Assembly: GCA_030601675.1 (NCBI GenBank)
Contig: JAUWBN010000006.1
Coordinates: 1 to 47,684 of the forward strand
Origin: Hadesarchaea archaeon
GTDB taxonomy: Archaea; Hadarchaeota; Hadarchaeia; Hadarchaeales; Hadarchaeaceae
DNA: 47,684 nucleotides
Direction: 5' to 3'
In this document: positions 19,177 through 30,000 of the stretch, one piece after another
Layout: each line of letters begins with the position of its first letter
Position numbering within the stretch: the stretch's first letter is position 1
The notes under the pieces: generated by a model
Told to the model about the DNA's origin: nothing
Database searches by the model: none
What the model saw: the letters and a program-made list of their open reading frames with translations, nothing else
Translations under genes and position numbers: made by a program

Positions 19177-20625
19177 GTGATTCATACGGGTGAGCGAGTG
19201 AAGCGCGAGCGTTGGAAGAGCAACTTCAGCGAGTGGTTCAGCGGCATCCTGCGCAGTGCCGACATCATGGAGACCCGCTACCCGGTCAAAGGGCTCTTCG
19301 TCTGGCTCCCCTACGGGCTGAAGCTCCGCAACCATGTATTTGCGATCATGCGCGAGCTGCTCGAGCGGAGCGGGCACCAAGAGGTACTCTTTCCCCAGCT
19401 CATCCCTGAAAACATCTTCAAGAAGGAAGCTGAGCACATCCGGGGCTTCGAGGAGCAGGTCTACTGGGTGACGCACGGCGGGAAAGACAAGCTCGATGTC
19501 AAGCTCGCGTTGCGCCCGACAAGCGAAACCTCCATTTACCCCATGTTCGCGCTCTGGATCCGCTCCCATGCCGACCTCCCGATCAAGATCTACCAGATCG
19601 TCAACATCTTCCGCTACGAAACTAAGATGACCAAACCAATGATCAGGCTGCGGGAAGTGACGACATTCAAGGAAGCTCACACCGCCCACGCCAAGCCCGA
19701 GGAGGCAGAGGCGCAGGTGCGGGAGGCTGTGCACATTTACAAGCGTTTCTTCGACGAGCTGGGGGTGCCCTATGTCGTGACCAAGCGCCCTCGGTGGGAC
19801 ACCTTCGCTGGCGCCGAATACTCGCTCGCCTTCGACACGCTGGCACCCGATGGACGGACGTTGCAAATAGGCACGGCCCACAACCTCGGGCAGAACTTCG
19901 CGAAGGTATATGAGCTCAAGTACGAGGCCCCCAACGGGAAGCATCACTACGTCTACCAGGCCTGCTACGGTGTTTCCGAGCGGGTGATAGCCGCGGTGAT
20001 GATGGCGCACGGCGACGATGTTGGTCTCTGCTTGCCACCCAATGTTGCGCCAATTCAGGTCGTGATCGTGCCGATTCCATTCAAAGGCAGGGAAGTTCCG
20101 GTCGAGCAGATTGCAACCGCGATCAAAAACGAACTCGCAGCGGCGGGCTTGAGGGTCCATCTCGACGAGCGTGACCTCCGCCCCGGCAACAAGTTCTACT
20201 ACTGGGAACGCCGGGGGGTTCCGCTGAGGCTCGAGGTGGGGCCCGAAGACGTGAAGAAGGAGCAGGTGACCGTGGTCAGGCGCGACACCGGTGAAAAACA
20301 AGCGATCGCCAAGGGGGCGCTCAAGACCAAGGTCAAGCAGTTGCTCGAGGAAATCACAGGTGACATACGCAAACGAGCATGGAAATCCTTCCACGAGTCC
20401 GTAAAGGATGCCTCCGACACGGAGACGATCAAGCGGGTGATTGAGAAGCGTGGGGGAATAGCCCGTATGCCTTGGTGTGGAGGAAAAGCGTGCGGGAAGG
20501 CGCTAGAGGAGCAAACGGGCGGGGACCTGCTTGGGGAGGAATTCGACGGCAAGACCCCGTCTGGTGCTTGTCCAATTTGCTCCAAACGGGCGAAAGTTAG
20601 TGTGCTGATCGCTCGAACCTATTAA
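19177..20625 (+). CDS. proS: Proline--tRNA ligase, archaeal/eukaryal type
   Basis: NFSEWF, LRPTSET, FRYETK, EAHTAH, GTAHNLGQNF and a C-terminal Zn domain (WCG..C, CPIC) ending ARTY. Confidence 0.97.
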   Translation: MIHTGERVKRERWKSNFSEWFSGILRSADIMETRYPVKGLFVWLPYGLKLRNHVFAIMRELLERSGHQEVLFPQLIPENIFKKEAEHIRGFEEQVYWVTHGGKDKLDVKLALRPTSETSIYPMFALWIRSHADLPIKIYQIVNIFRYETKMTKPMIRLREVTTFKEAHTAHAKPEEAEAQVREAVHIYKRFFDELGVPYVVTKRPRWDTFAGAEYSLAFDTLAPDGRTLQIGTAHNLGQNFAKVYELKYEAPNGKHHYVYQACYGVSERVIAAVMMAHGDDVGLCLPPNVAPIQVVIVPIPFKGREVPVEQIATAIKNELAAAGLRVHLDERDLRPGNKFYYWERRGVPLRLEVGPEDVKKEQVTVVRRDTGEKQAIAKGALKTKVKQLLEEITGDIRKRAWKSFHESVKDASDTETIKRVIEKRGGIARMPWCGGKACGKALEEQTGGDLLGEEFDGKTPSGACPICSKRAKVSVLIARTY

Positions 20626-21503
20626 AGGCTCGTCAAGGCTCCTAGAATCTCTTTCTCGGAGGGGAAGCCGGTGGGGCCCTTATACTTTATCTTCAGCCCC
20701 GCTGCAGCGGTTGCAAATTTTGCCGACTCCAACGCGTCACGCGTGGCGATATGCCTGGCTAGGAACGCAGCGCCGAAGACATCGCCAGCGCCGGTCAAAT
20801 CCTTGGCATCGACTTTCAGGGACTCTATTTTGACCAGCCCCTCGTCGCTGAGCACCATCGAAGCATCCTCCCCTCTGGTCAAGATCGCAATTTTTGGTCC
20901 CATCGCTCTAAGGCTCTCGAGGACCTCCTTGGGACCGCCCCTGAGCGCCCTCACTTCCTCTTTCCCTATTTTTACTATGTCGACATGTTTCAGAAATCCG
21001 CCAAGCTCACGGGATTTGATCTCGACCTTTCCCTCCTTGCTTATCTCCCTCAGAAGCCCCTGGGGGTCGAGCATGACGAGGTTCGACTCACGCTTGATCG
21101 CCTTGAGCACATCAGGCGTTATCTCGTTGGCGATTGGAGAAACGTAGAAGCTTTGGGCGTCACTATAAGCGGCGGGGATATCGTCGGGTGAAATTCCCGG
21201 GGCCACGTGTTTGCAAACTTGCTTGCGATTGCCCGCCTCGTCGTAGGTGTTCTCAAAAGTCGTGGTATACTCACCCGCCACCATGATGCCCTCGGTGTCT
21301 AGGCCGAGCTTGCTGTAAATCGGGGGAAACTTCTCGAGGAAATCAGCGCCAACTTTCGAGACAACGCCAACGTTTTTCCTCAGGGCCGCGAACGTGAGAC
21401 CCGCATAAGTCGGCGCCCCGCCGAGGGCATTTTCGATGACACCCCAAGGTAGCACGTTCACATCGATCGCTACATGCCCGATCACGATGGTTTCGAACTG
21501 CAT
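20622..21503 (-). CDS. PfkB-family carbohydrate kinase (possibly myo-inositol kinase)
   Basis: LGGAPTY, LDPQG and DLTGAGDVFG; 1 nt downstream of ino1. Substrate inferred from context only. Confidence 0.85.
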   Translation of the reverse strand: MQFETIVIGHVAIDVNVLPWGVIENALGGAPTYAGLTFAALRKNVGVVSKVGADFLEKFPPIYSKLGLDTEGIMVAGEYTTTFENTYDEAGNRKQVCKHVAPGISPDDIPAAYSDAQSFYVSPIANEITPDVLKAIKRESNLVMLDPQGLLREISKEGKVEIKSRELGGFLKHVDIVKIGKEEVRALRGGPKEVLESLRAMGPKIAILTRGEDASMVLSDEGLVKIESLKVDAKDLTGAGDVFGAAFLARHIATRDALESAKFATAAAGLKIKYKGPTGFPSEKEILGALTSL

Positions 21504-21504
21504 G

Positions 21505-22578
21505 CTATCGCTCCCTCCTGCCGGCTATAAAATCCTCAACGGCCTGCTTCGCGTCCGTATCTGACATCTGAACGGGTGGGTGCTTGAAGAAATAGGCCGA
21601 GATACCAATCAGCGGTCCGGCGATGCCTCGATCTAGAGCGAGTTTCACGCCCCTTATGGCGTCGATCACAACACCCGCGCTGTTCGGGGAATCCTCGACC
21701 GAGAGTTTCACATCGATGCTAAGGGGCACGTCCCCGAATTTCCTGCCCCGCATGTAGATGTAGCACACCTTGTTGTCCTTCAGGAAGGAAACGTAGTCGC
21801 TGGGGCCGATTCGAAGGGGGATCTCGTAGGGCACTTGGCTTGAAACCGCTTCCGTCTTGCTCACGCGCTTCGAACTCAGGCGTTCCTCTTCGATCATGTT
21901 CAGAAAATCTGTGTTCCCACCTATGTTCAGCTGGTAACTCTCCTCGAGCTTGACTCCCCGGTCGATGAATAGCTTTGCGAGCATGCGATGGAGGATCGTC
22001 GCCCCGACTTGAGATTTGATGTCGTCACCCGCGCAGGGCAGCTTGGCATCCTCGAAGCGCTTCCCCCACTCCTTACCCGAAGCTATGAATTCTGGGATGC
22101 AGTTGATAAATCCGCATCCCGCCTCGATTGCCTGCTGCGCGTAGTAGCGGGATGCCTCGTAGCTCCCGACTGGCAGGTAGCTTATTAAGATATCCGCGCC
22201 CTTGTCTTCGAGCGCTCGGGCGACGTTCACTGGCTTCTGCGTGGGGTCGACCGGTATCACTGGTTTAAGGTATCTGCCCAAGCCATCCAGTGCTTGGGCC
22301 TTCATCACCTCAACACCCAGCCTTGAAACGTCGCTAAATTTGACCGTGCAATTTGGGGGGGCGAATATGGCTTCCGCGAGATCCCTGCCAACTTTGTTCG
22401 CGTCAACATCGAATGCCGCGACAAACTCGATGCTCCGGATGTGGTAGCCGCCGAAGTTCACGTGCATCAGGCCCGGCACGAACTGATCCTCGCGTGCATT
22501 TTTATAGTACTCAACGCCTTGAATGAGCGAGGAAGCGCAGTTCCCCACACCCGTTATCGCTACTTTTATTTTAGCCAT
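21505..22578 (-). CDS. ino1: myo-Inositol-1-phosphate synthase
   Basis: [36 protein letters not shown] and EDSPNSAG. Confidence 0.97.
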   Translation of the reverse strand: MAKIKVAITGVGNCASSLIQGVEYYKNAREDQFVPGLMHVNFGGYHIRSIEFVAAFDVDANKVGRDLAEAIFAPPNCTVKFSDVSRLGVEVMKAQALDGLGRYLKPVIPVDPTQKPVNVARALEDKGADILISYLPVGSYEASRYYAQQAIEAGCGFINCIPEFIASGKEWGKRFEDAKLPCAGDDIKSQVGATILHRMLAKLFIDRGVKLEESYQLNIGGNTDFLNMIEEERLSSKRVSKTEAVSSQVPYEIPLRIGPSDYVSFLKDNKVCYIYMRGRKFGDVPLSIDVKLSVEDSPNSAGVVIDAIRGVKLALDRGIAGPLIGISAYFFKHPPVQMSDTDAKQAVEDFIAGRRER

Positions 22579-22602
22579 TGAATCACCATATCTGATCTAA
22601 GA

Positions 22603-22983
22603 TTAGAGGATATCTTCTAACATGAAGAGATAAAACTTTCCATCCATTTCACAAGCGAAACCCACATCTGATGTTTTGCCGTGGTATTTGAGTAAGCCCT
22701 CTAGCTGTGAACGTCTAATGTGATAGCTATGACCTGATTTAACATCTATGAACAGTTTCCTCCCAGCCCGCTCGGCGTGGACATCGATTATTTTCTGTCC
22801 ACCTATGGGTTCCAAGCGCCAACCGTGTAGAGCAAGTAACTCCGACAATTTTCTCTCTGCGCGCTTCCACTTGCGGGCCTTCGTTTCACCCAGCATAGCC
22901 TGACATGAAGGACACCTTTTAGGTTTCCCCCGTGGGCGCCACTCGTATCCACAATTTTCGCAACGCATATTTGTTACAACCAT
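22603..22983 (-). CDS. Zn-ribbon plus PD-(D/E)XK (Hjc-like) nuclease-fold protein
   Basis: C.NCGYEW.PR..PKRCPSC Zn ribbon, then AE..L...L..HGW, IIDV and FIDVK. More AT-rich than its neighbours. Confidence 0.65.
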   Translation of the reverse strand: MVVTNMRCENCGYEWRPRGKPKRCPSCQAMLGETKARKWKRAERKLSELLALHGWRLEPIGGQKIIDVHAERAGRKLFIDVKSGHSYHIRRSQLEGLLKYHGKTSDVGFACEMDGKFYLFMLEDIL

Positions 22984-23053
22984 ATTTCAACTTTGGAGAT
23001 AGCTCATGAAATAAACTATTTAAGGCTTGTGGTAAAGGTGAATTGGGTTTCCT

Positions 23054-23374
23054 TTGGCGATTCGGAGGTTGAAGAAAAAGACGACCGCGGAGCTGTTATG
23101 GCCCTATTTTTTGAAGCTCCTGAAAAAGCGCCCGATGTACGGGTATGAACTACGACAAGAGGTGATCAAGCAATTCGGGTGGAAACCCGCGACCGTTACC
23201 TCCTACCTTGTGCTCTACCGCCTCCAGCACGGGGGCTACGTCACGATAGCGTGGCGAGAGCAGCGAGGCAAGCCCGCGCGCAAGTACTATAAGTTAACGA
23301 AGAAGGGCGAGGAACTGCTGGAGGAAGGGATAAAATACCTAAAGGAGTTCAGCTCGAAACTTTCTGGAAAGTAG
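23054..23374 (+). CDS. PadR-family transcriptional regulator
   Basis: PMYGYEL, Y..LYRL..GGYV and PARKYYKLTKKG. Confidence 0.9.
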   Translation: MAIRRLKKKTTAELLWPYFLKLLKKRPMYGYELRQEVIKQFGWKPATVTSYLVLYRLQHGGYVTIAWREQRGKPARKYYKLTKKGEELLEEGIKYLKEFSSKLSGK

Positions 23375-23965
23375 TCAAGGCAGGCGGAGCTTCGCGACGA
23401 ACAACCTCTGAGCCACGGTGAGATGGGTCAGAATTACGATTAGAACCACTGCGTATTGCGTATACCCAATCAACGCCCCGATGGCTAGGATGAGGATCCG
23501 CTCACCCCGCTCGGCTATTCCCACATCGAGCTTGCCTGAGCCGGCTGCTTCTGCCCTGACGCGGGTGTAGCTGACCATTAAGCTTCCAGCGATGGCTAGA
23601 GTCCCCCATGCCCAGCCAGGCAGAAGACCCGCTTCAGCGAGCCCACCGTTGATGAAAGCGTAGATGATGCCCGCAAAAATCAAGAAATCCACATACCGAT
23701 CGACGACTGAGTCGAGCACTCCCCCGAACGCTGTCTCTCTGCCGATCACCCTAGCAACAGCGCCGTCGATGATGTCAAAAAACCCACAGACGATGAGAAC
23801 AAACCCAGCCCAAAGTTGCATCCCGTACGCGAACAGCATGGCCGCAATGACACCGACGACCAGCCCAATTAGAGTAAAAACATTCGGGGAAAGGCCGGTC
23901 CGCGCGAAGGCTCTGGCCAAGGGTTCCGTCAGCTCCTCTACTCGCTCCCGAACCCTACTCAGCAT
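23375..23965 (-). CDS. CDP-alcohol phosphatidyltransferase, probable archaetidylinositol phosphate synthase
   Basis: SPN.FT, DIIDGAVAR...T.FGGVLDSVVDR, SY.R.RAE and GIAERGER; next to ino1. Confidence 0.88.
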   Translation of the reverse strand: MLSRVRERVEELTEPLARAFARTGLSPNVFTLIGLVVGVIAAMLFAYGMQLWAGFVLIVCGFFDIIDGAVARVIGRETAFGGVLDSVVDRYVDFLIFAGIIYAFINGGLAEAGLLPGWAWGTLAIAGSLMVSYTRVRAEAAGSGKLDVGIAERGERILILAIGALIGYTQYAVVLIVILTHLTVAQRLFVAKLRLP

Positions 23966-24021
23966 GGCTTCACCCCCGGCGCAAGAGATTTTTGTTCGCC
24001 ATCATAAGTGTTTTGGGTGAG

Positions 24022-24858
24022 ATGATGATATACCTTGGTCCCGCGGGCATCCCTACCGTGAGCAAGGAACGAACGACAACCGGGGGCATCAGGTGTGCAG
24101 CCGAACTCAAGCTCAACGCTTTTGAGGTCGAATTCGTTCGCCGGGTCGGGATGAGCAACGAGACGGCGAAGGAGGCTGGAGGAGTTGCGAAGGAGTTCGG
24201 CGTTCTCTTATCAGTCCATTGCCCCTACTTCGTCAACCTGTGCTCGCGGGAACCTGAGAAGCTTGAGGCGTCAAAAAAGCGCATCCTCGATTCAGTCGGG
24301 CGGGCTTTTCACATGGGTGCAGATGTCGCTGTTTTCCACCCCGGCTTTTACGGGGACCTAACGCCTGAAGCCGCGTTCAACGCAGTTGAAGGCGCCTGCC
24401 GGGACATGCTCGACCGGATGCGTGCAAGCGGGATAAAAGGGGTAAGGCTTGGGCTGGAGACGACCGGCAAAGTCAGCCAATTCGGGACACTCGATGAAAC
24501 AATCGAGCTCTGCGAGAAACTCAAGGGTTGCGCACCAGTGGTGGACTTCGCCCACATCTACGCGAGACGGGCGGGGAAGATAGACTACGCCGAGATATTC
24601 GAAAAGCTGAGGCCGCTGAAGCTGAAGCACCTACACGCGCACTTCACCGGCATGGAGTGGACACCCGCTAAAGCGCCGTGGCAGGGGAACGAACGACGCC
24701 ACCTCGAGCTCAAAGTGAACAAGCCACCCTTCGAGCCGCTCGCGCACGAGGTGCTCAAGCGAAAGGTTAACATCACTTTGATCTCCGAGTCACCAATTCT
24801 GGAAAAGGACTCCCTCGAGATGAAGCGCATATTTGAGAGATTAGGGCACCGCTTTTAG
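24022..24858 (+). CDS. nfo: Endonuclease IV (AP endonuclease family 2)
   Basis: HCPYFVNL, FHPG, LETTGK..QFG, DFAH, HAHF, ERRH and ISESP. Start moved to the ATG after a GGTGA RBS. Confidence 0.9.
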   Translation: MMIYLGPAGIPTVSKERTTTGGIRCAAELKLNAFEVEFVRRVGMSNETAKEAGGVAKEFGVLLSVHCPYFVNLCSREPEKLEASKKRILDSVGRAFHMGADVAVFHPGFYGDLTPEAAFNAVEGACRDMLDRMRASGIKGVRLGLETTGKVSQFGTLDETIELCEKLKGCAPVVDFAHIYARRAGKIDYAEIFEKLRPLKLKHLHAHFTGMEWTPAKAPWQGNERRHLELKVNKPPFEPLAHEVLKRKVNITLISESPILEKDSLEMKRIFERLGHRF

Positions 24859-24908
24859 CCAAGAGGCTCACTCAGGTGCCTCTGCAACATGGAGATTCTT
24901 TTCTATGC

Positions 24909-25628
24909 TTAAAACGCGGGTTTCTCAGCTTTGACAGCGATGACCCCCGCAAATTCTTTGAAAATGCTAGAAAGCCGATCATCCAGCTTAACCAAATGAG
25001 TTGCTATGAGTCTCACGAGATTCGAAATAACACCCAACCGCGATAACAAGAAAGGTAAAACATATGTTATCATGGAGAAGTGTCTCACCTCGACATTGAC
25101 GAAGTGTTGAGAAATCGATTTCTCAAGCATTGATGGTATAAAAGGTTTCTCGCTTGGCTCGTGGAAAGGGGATGGAAAAAATGTGCGCGCTGGGGTCGCG
25201 AAGGGGTTCAGATGCCCTGGCTCCACCAGTAATATTTTTCCCCCTGGCTTGAGCACCCTGTAGACTTCTACCAGCGACCTCCTCGTATTGGGAAAATGGT
25301 GTAAAGCTGCCCAACTATAAACGATATCAAACGTGCTGTCTTTAAAGGGGAGGGAACACGCGTCTCCGAGCACGTGATGGAAATTTGGGATTTCTCTATA
25401 AATTTTATGGCCGTGTTCGATGTGTTCTTTTGAGGTGTCTACGCAGACGATGAAACGCCTTTCATCTGCGAGTTTAGCTGTCCTGCTACCCGGGCCGCTG
25501 CCCAAGTCCAGCATGTTTTTCCATTCGGAACCTAAGCGCGCAGATATCCAGCTACTCCAGTGTTCTTCATTGATCCGTGCAAACGTTTCATCCTTTTTCC
25601 AGCTCAATGTTCGGAGTTTAAGTCTCAT
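24909..25628 (-). CDS. Class I SAM-dependent methyltransferase
   Basis: LDLGSGPG, GDACSLPF.DSTFD, LHH and RVLKPGG...EP; relatively AT-rich. Confidence 0.88.
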   Translation of the reverse strand: MRLKLRTLSWKKDETFARINEEHWSSWISARLGSEWKNMLDLGSGPGSRTAKLADERRFIVCVDTSKEHIEHGHKIYREIPNFHHVLGDACSLPFKDSTFDIVYSWAALHHFPNTRRSLVEVYRVLKPGGKILLVEPGHLNPFATPARTFFPSPFHEPSEKPFIPSMLEKSISQHFVNVEVRHFSMITYVLPFLLSRLGVISNLVRLIATHLVKLDDRLSSIFKEFAGVIAVKAEKPAF

Positions 25629-25648
25629 TTTATTTTAACCTCAGTTTT

Positions 25649-26923
25649 TTAGCTCCCCTTCCCTGCCTGTAATTTCTCGCACAAGTCCCTGCGTGATATC
25701 CTCTCCTGAGAGCCTGTATCCATGTCGCGAAGCGTCACCTGTCCCTTATCGAGGTCCTTTGCGCCGACGATGACAACGTTTTTGGTTCCCCTCGCATTTG
25801 CGTACGCGATTGCTTTAGCGAGCTTGCGCCCCATTAGATCGATGTCGACGAGCAGGCCGGCCCTGCGCAGCTCCCCAGCGATTTTCAAACATTCGCTCAC
25901 CATTTCTTCACTGCTGGGGAGGACCAAACAATCTAAGCGCTCGCGGGGGACTATCATCCCCCGCTTCAAAAGGGCTCGGGCGATGCGGTCGATGCCGAAC
26001 CCGACACCAACGGCGGGACTGGGGTCGCCCCCCAAGAGCTCGATGAGTTCGTCGTAACGGCCACCCCCTGCAACTTGGACCCCATCGACGTAGAGTTCGA
26101 AAACGAGGTCTGTGTAATACTCCAACCCGCGGGCGATCCCGAAATCAATCGTGAATTTCTCGACCCCAAACGAGCGAACGTGCTCGAGGATTTCATGTAG
26201 GTTCTTCAGCGCTGCTTTGGCCTTCGGCAGACCAGCGACAAGTTTCTCCACTTGCTTCAACACTTTCACACTCCCACGTAACGCGACTAGCGAGCGAAGT
26301 AATTTTTCATCTCCGGCTCTGACTTGTGCGCGATCAAGCTCCGCTCGAAGCCTTGCTTCCTCACGGCTGTCAATCGCCCGCATGATCGGATCTTGGGCGC
26401 TTCCCTTCGCCCCCGCGTGGGTCAGCACCTCTCGAAGCAGGCGGGTATGGCCTATGCGGAGCTCGTAGTCCGACAAACCGAGTTCCCCCATTACTTCATC
26501 GGAGAGGGCGATCACCTCTGCATCCGCCTCAGCTCGAGCGGAACCTATGATTTCGGTGCCAGACTGCAAGAACTGCCTCCACCGCTGCGCCTGGGGCTCC
26601 TCGTAGCGAAAACAGTTGCCGAAGTAACAGAGCTTCACGGGCTTGGGTGCGGATCGAAGCTGGTTTATGTAGAGGCGGACGACGGGGGCGGTTAGCTCGG
26701 GGCGGAGGGCAAGCTCGCGACCAGATTTATCCTTGAACGCGTAGAGCTGCATCACCACCGATTCGCCGCTTTTTTTGGTGAAGAGATCGAGGGGCTCGAA
26801 TGCGGGTGTCTCAACCTCCTCATAACCATAGCGCTTGAAAACATCACCCATCACGCGCTCGACGTGGCGAATGCTGGCGAGCTCCTCTCCGAGTCGGTCT
26901 TTGGTCCCCTTTGGCCTTTGCAT
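25649..26923 (-). CDS. hisS: Histidine--tRNA ligase
   Basis: RPKGTKD, LRPELTAP, FRYEEPQ..RWRQF.Q, ARGLEYYT, GGGRYD and GFGIDR. Confidence 0.97.
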   Translation of the reverse strand: MQRPKGTKDRLGEELASIRHVERVMGDVFKRYGYEEVETPAFEPLDLFTKKSGESVVMQLYAFKDKSGRELALRPELTAPVVRLYINQLRSAPKPVKLCYFGNCFRYEEPQAQRWRQFLQSGTEIIGSARAEADAEVIALSDEVMGELGLSDYELRIGHTRLLREVLTHAGAKGSAQDPIMRAIDSREEARLRAELDRAQVRAGDEKLLRSLVALRGSVKVLKQVEKLVAGLPKAKAALKNLHEILEHVRSFGVEKFTIDFGIARGLEYYTDLVFELYVDGVQVAGGGRYDELIELLGGDPSPAVGVGFGIDRIARALLKRGMIVPRERLDCLVLPSSEEMVSECLKIAGELRRAGLLVDIDLMGRKLAKAIAYANARGTKNVVIVGAKDLDKGQVTLRDMDTGSQERISRRDLCEKLQAGKGS

Positions 26924-27023
26924 CCCACCGCCTCGGACGCAGTTACTTTTTGAAACTTCTTAAAGCTTCTTTAAACGTCCATCTGTTATCGGTGAAAATT
27001 GAGGATAAACTCTACAGCTGGGG

Positions 27024-30000
27024 CTAGGTCTGCACGGTAAATGTCCAAACGGAAGACTCGTTCTCATTACCTGCTTTATCGATCGCGATTACCTTCCAGG
27101 AGTAATTATCATCTGCCAGACCTGTGGTCGGGGTGTAGGTGTTTTCGGGTGCCGCAAGGGTGACATTGATCTCAGGCGATGAGAAGTCCGAACTGTTGTC
27201 GACGAGCAGGCGATGCTCCGCTGCCCCGGCGCCAACCGTCCACTCAAACGTTGGGGTGTTATTGCTCGTTGTCGTCCCATTTTCTGGTGCGTGGAGCGTT
27301 GCCGCTGTGGGTAGAGTGGTATCAACGACGAACGTCCATACCGACGAGGAGTCTTGGCTTCCCCCGACAATCGCGATTACCTTCCAGGAGTAGTTGTCAT
27401 CGCGTAAAGCATTCTCATCGGCCACCACGTAGCTGTCGATTATCCCGAGCCGGACGTTCTCTTCAGGCGATAAAAAGTCAGCATCATTATCCACAAGCAG
27501 GCGATAATTATCTGCATTACCTTCAGCCCACCCAAAAGTTGGAGTGTTGTCGTTCGTGATCGTCCCATCAGCTGGTGCGCTAGGCGTTGGGGCTCTCGGC
27601 GGCGCCCTGATGATGAGCTTGTAGTTGTCTGACCACCCGCTCGCGTTACCAGTCCGATCGAAAGCTTGAACGCGCCAGTAATAGGTGCCGTTGTGGGAGA
27701 AGAGATACGTGTATGAGTTTTCCTTGATGTCGGAGTTGTCGTGCACGTAAGGTGGGGAGAAACTCACCTCATCGTCGATTTGGGTTCCATAGGTCACGTT
27801 GGGTTCAGGCTCCGTCCATGCGAATGTAGTTTGTAAAGTGTCGAGCTCAAAGTTGTTCTCTGGCTCGCGGAGCTGCGGACTCCCTGGCACCTGGGTGTCG
27901 ACGACGAAGGTCCACGTGGGAGACCACCCGAGCTCGGTGTTGTCAGCTCTGAATGCCATAACCCGCCATGAGTAAGTGTCATCTACCAAGGCGTTCTCAT
28001 CCGGTATCGTATGCGTAACAGTAGAAATGTTTTCTCTTATCTCGGGTGAGGTAAAGTCTGCATCGTTGTCCACCCATAGCTCGTATTTCACCGCATCAAC
28101 AGCACCCGACCACACAAAGGTCGGAGTGTTGTCGCTCGTGGCTGTGTTATCCGTGGGTGAGGTCAACGAAGGCTCATGGTAGACCTTCACCACCTTGACC
28201 AAGCCGTTTGAGCTTGTGTAAGCCACCCCAATGAAATCTGGGATAGTTCCTCTCCCTTCGAAAACGCGCATGAGTATAGGTAACCCGTGTTCCGTAGGGG
28301 CGGTCAGCTGTGCGTGGGTCTGATCCCATGTCGGTGCTTCCACCCAATCCGGCACGAGAATCCATAAGACTTGTGGTATTGCCGGGTCTGGTCTTAAACT
28401 GTAGTCAAGGATCCGCGTTATGTAACCCCCTTGATTGAAAAACGCCCTTACCCAGCCAGCTAAGTGAAGGGTTTCGTCATCCCTCGCTACATATGCCTCC
28501 CACGATTGAGGGTCGAAAAAAACGTTTTCGTCGCTGAAAGTGTAAAGTATTTTTCCATCTTGTATGCTCCCCGATGTGGTAGAATTTTGAACCCCTCCAC
28601 GACGAGTAGCCCAAATTGCTGTATTGTACAAGTATCGGTGGAAAATAACGTAGTCGATTCGAACTCTATAGTTGTCCCTGTAAGTTTTGAAATAAAAAGC
28701 GAGTTCGTTATCATCGGTTAAGGTTGGAAGGTATTGAACATCTGTGCGTCTACCGTTGATAGTCCAGTGGGATTTTAAGAAAATGCCTGTTGAATCCTCT
28801 ACGTAATAAACGTAGTCGGGTGGATAATAGGGCCTATCCTCATTCTCCCAAATCCCTATTTCCCCACGATCACCACCTGAGCCGTCCACCACAGATGCAC
28901 GCCTGGCAACACCTGTCATCAAATGTCCGAAGGACCACTCTATGGCGACCACTGAATTTTCGGGCGTGTTCTCGCGAAGCCAAGCGAAAGAGTCCATGAA
29001 CCCTTCGTCCAACCCATACCCATGCCACTCGGTCGGAGGGGTGGTGCGCCCAGCGACGGCGCGCGCATTGAAGATAAACGTTGTCGCGACTATGCAGACA
29101 CAAAATGCGATCACAACTGAGTCGTGGAGGAAGTGTTTTAGCCATTCTCCAAACTGTTCGAACGATAACCGCCAGACGAGAGAGACCAGCACCGCCGCGC
29201 CCACACCAGCTAGGACAGGCACAAAGGGCCACCACATCCGTTCGAATCGCACCTGCGCCAGCCCTGCTCCAGGCCATACCATCGCGGCGATGACGATCAA
29301 CCAAGAGAGGGACAGTAACCCCCAACGTTTTTTACGCCAACAAAGCATAACCAACGCTAAAACTGCTAAGAGGAAAACAAGTACAGTTAAAACAGCTGCA
29401 TTGCCTTGTTGAGACAAGCTGGTATTAGGATCTCCGCCATACATCCGGTAGACTGTATCCCCCCACGAGTTCGGCGCAGCTTCCTCCCCCGCGACCCTCC
29501 CAAATGAAATCCCCTCGCCAACGCCCCCAATCCCGACACCACCCAAGAGAGATCGGCCGAAGCTGACCCACATCATGGGGCTTTGTCCACCCAGTATGCA
29601 AAGTGCAAGCGTCATTACTGCCAGCATGCCAAGCACGTTGACTATTAAAGGGATATTTGTACGCACGCCTGTTAGAATCCGCATAAAGAGGGAGCTTATA
29701 GATGCACGATGTAAAAATAGCTCTATAAGGGCGGCAAGGATGAGCCCGCCTATTAAAATATAGACTAAATTCATCACGCTGCCGGGGGTCCCCCCTCCTT
29801 TAAAGATAGCCCCTATGAAACCTGTAAACAATAAGAAAACACCGGCTAGAATCACAGGTAACCAAGTTAGGCGTTCGCTGAGTAGGACTAAGAGTAGAAG
29901 TCCAATCACGATGGGGGCAATGTAGAGAGCCCCGGACCATGCCAACCCGAAAAGCCCGTATACGAGCCCCGCTAAGAGCGCAAACTTCGGCATCTCGCTC

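Noticed and set aside
19138-20394. 418-aa antisense ORF
   Set aside because: Shadow of proS on the opposite strand, expected from GC-rich codon bias; no recognisable motifs.
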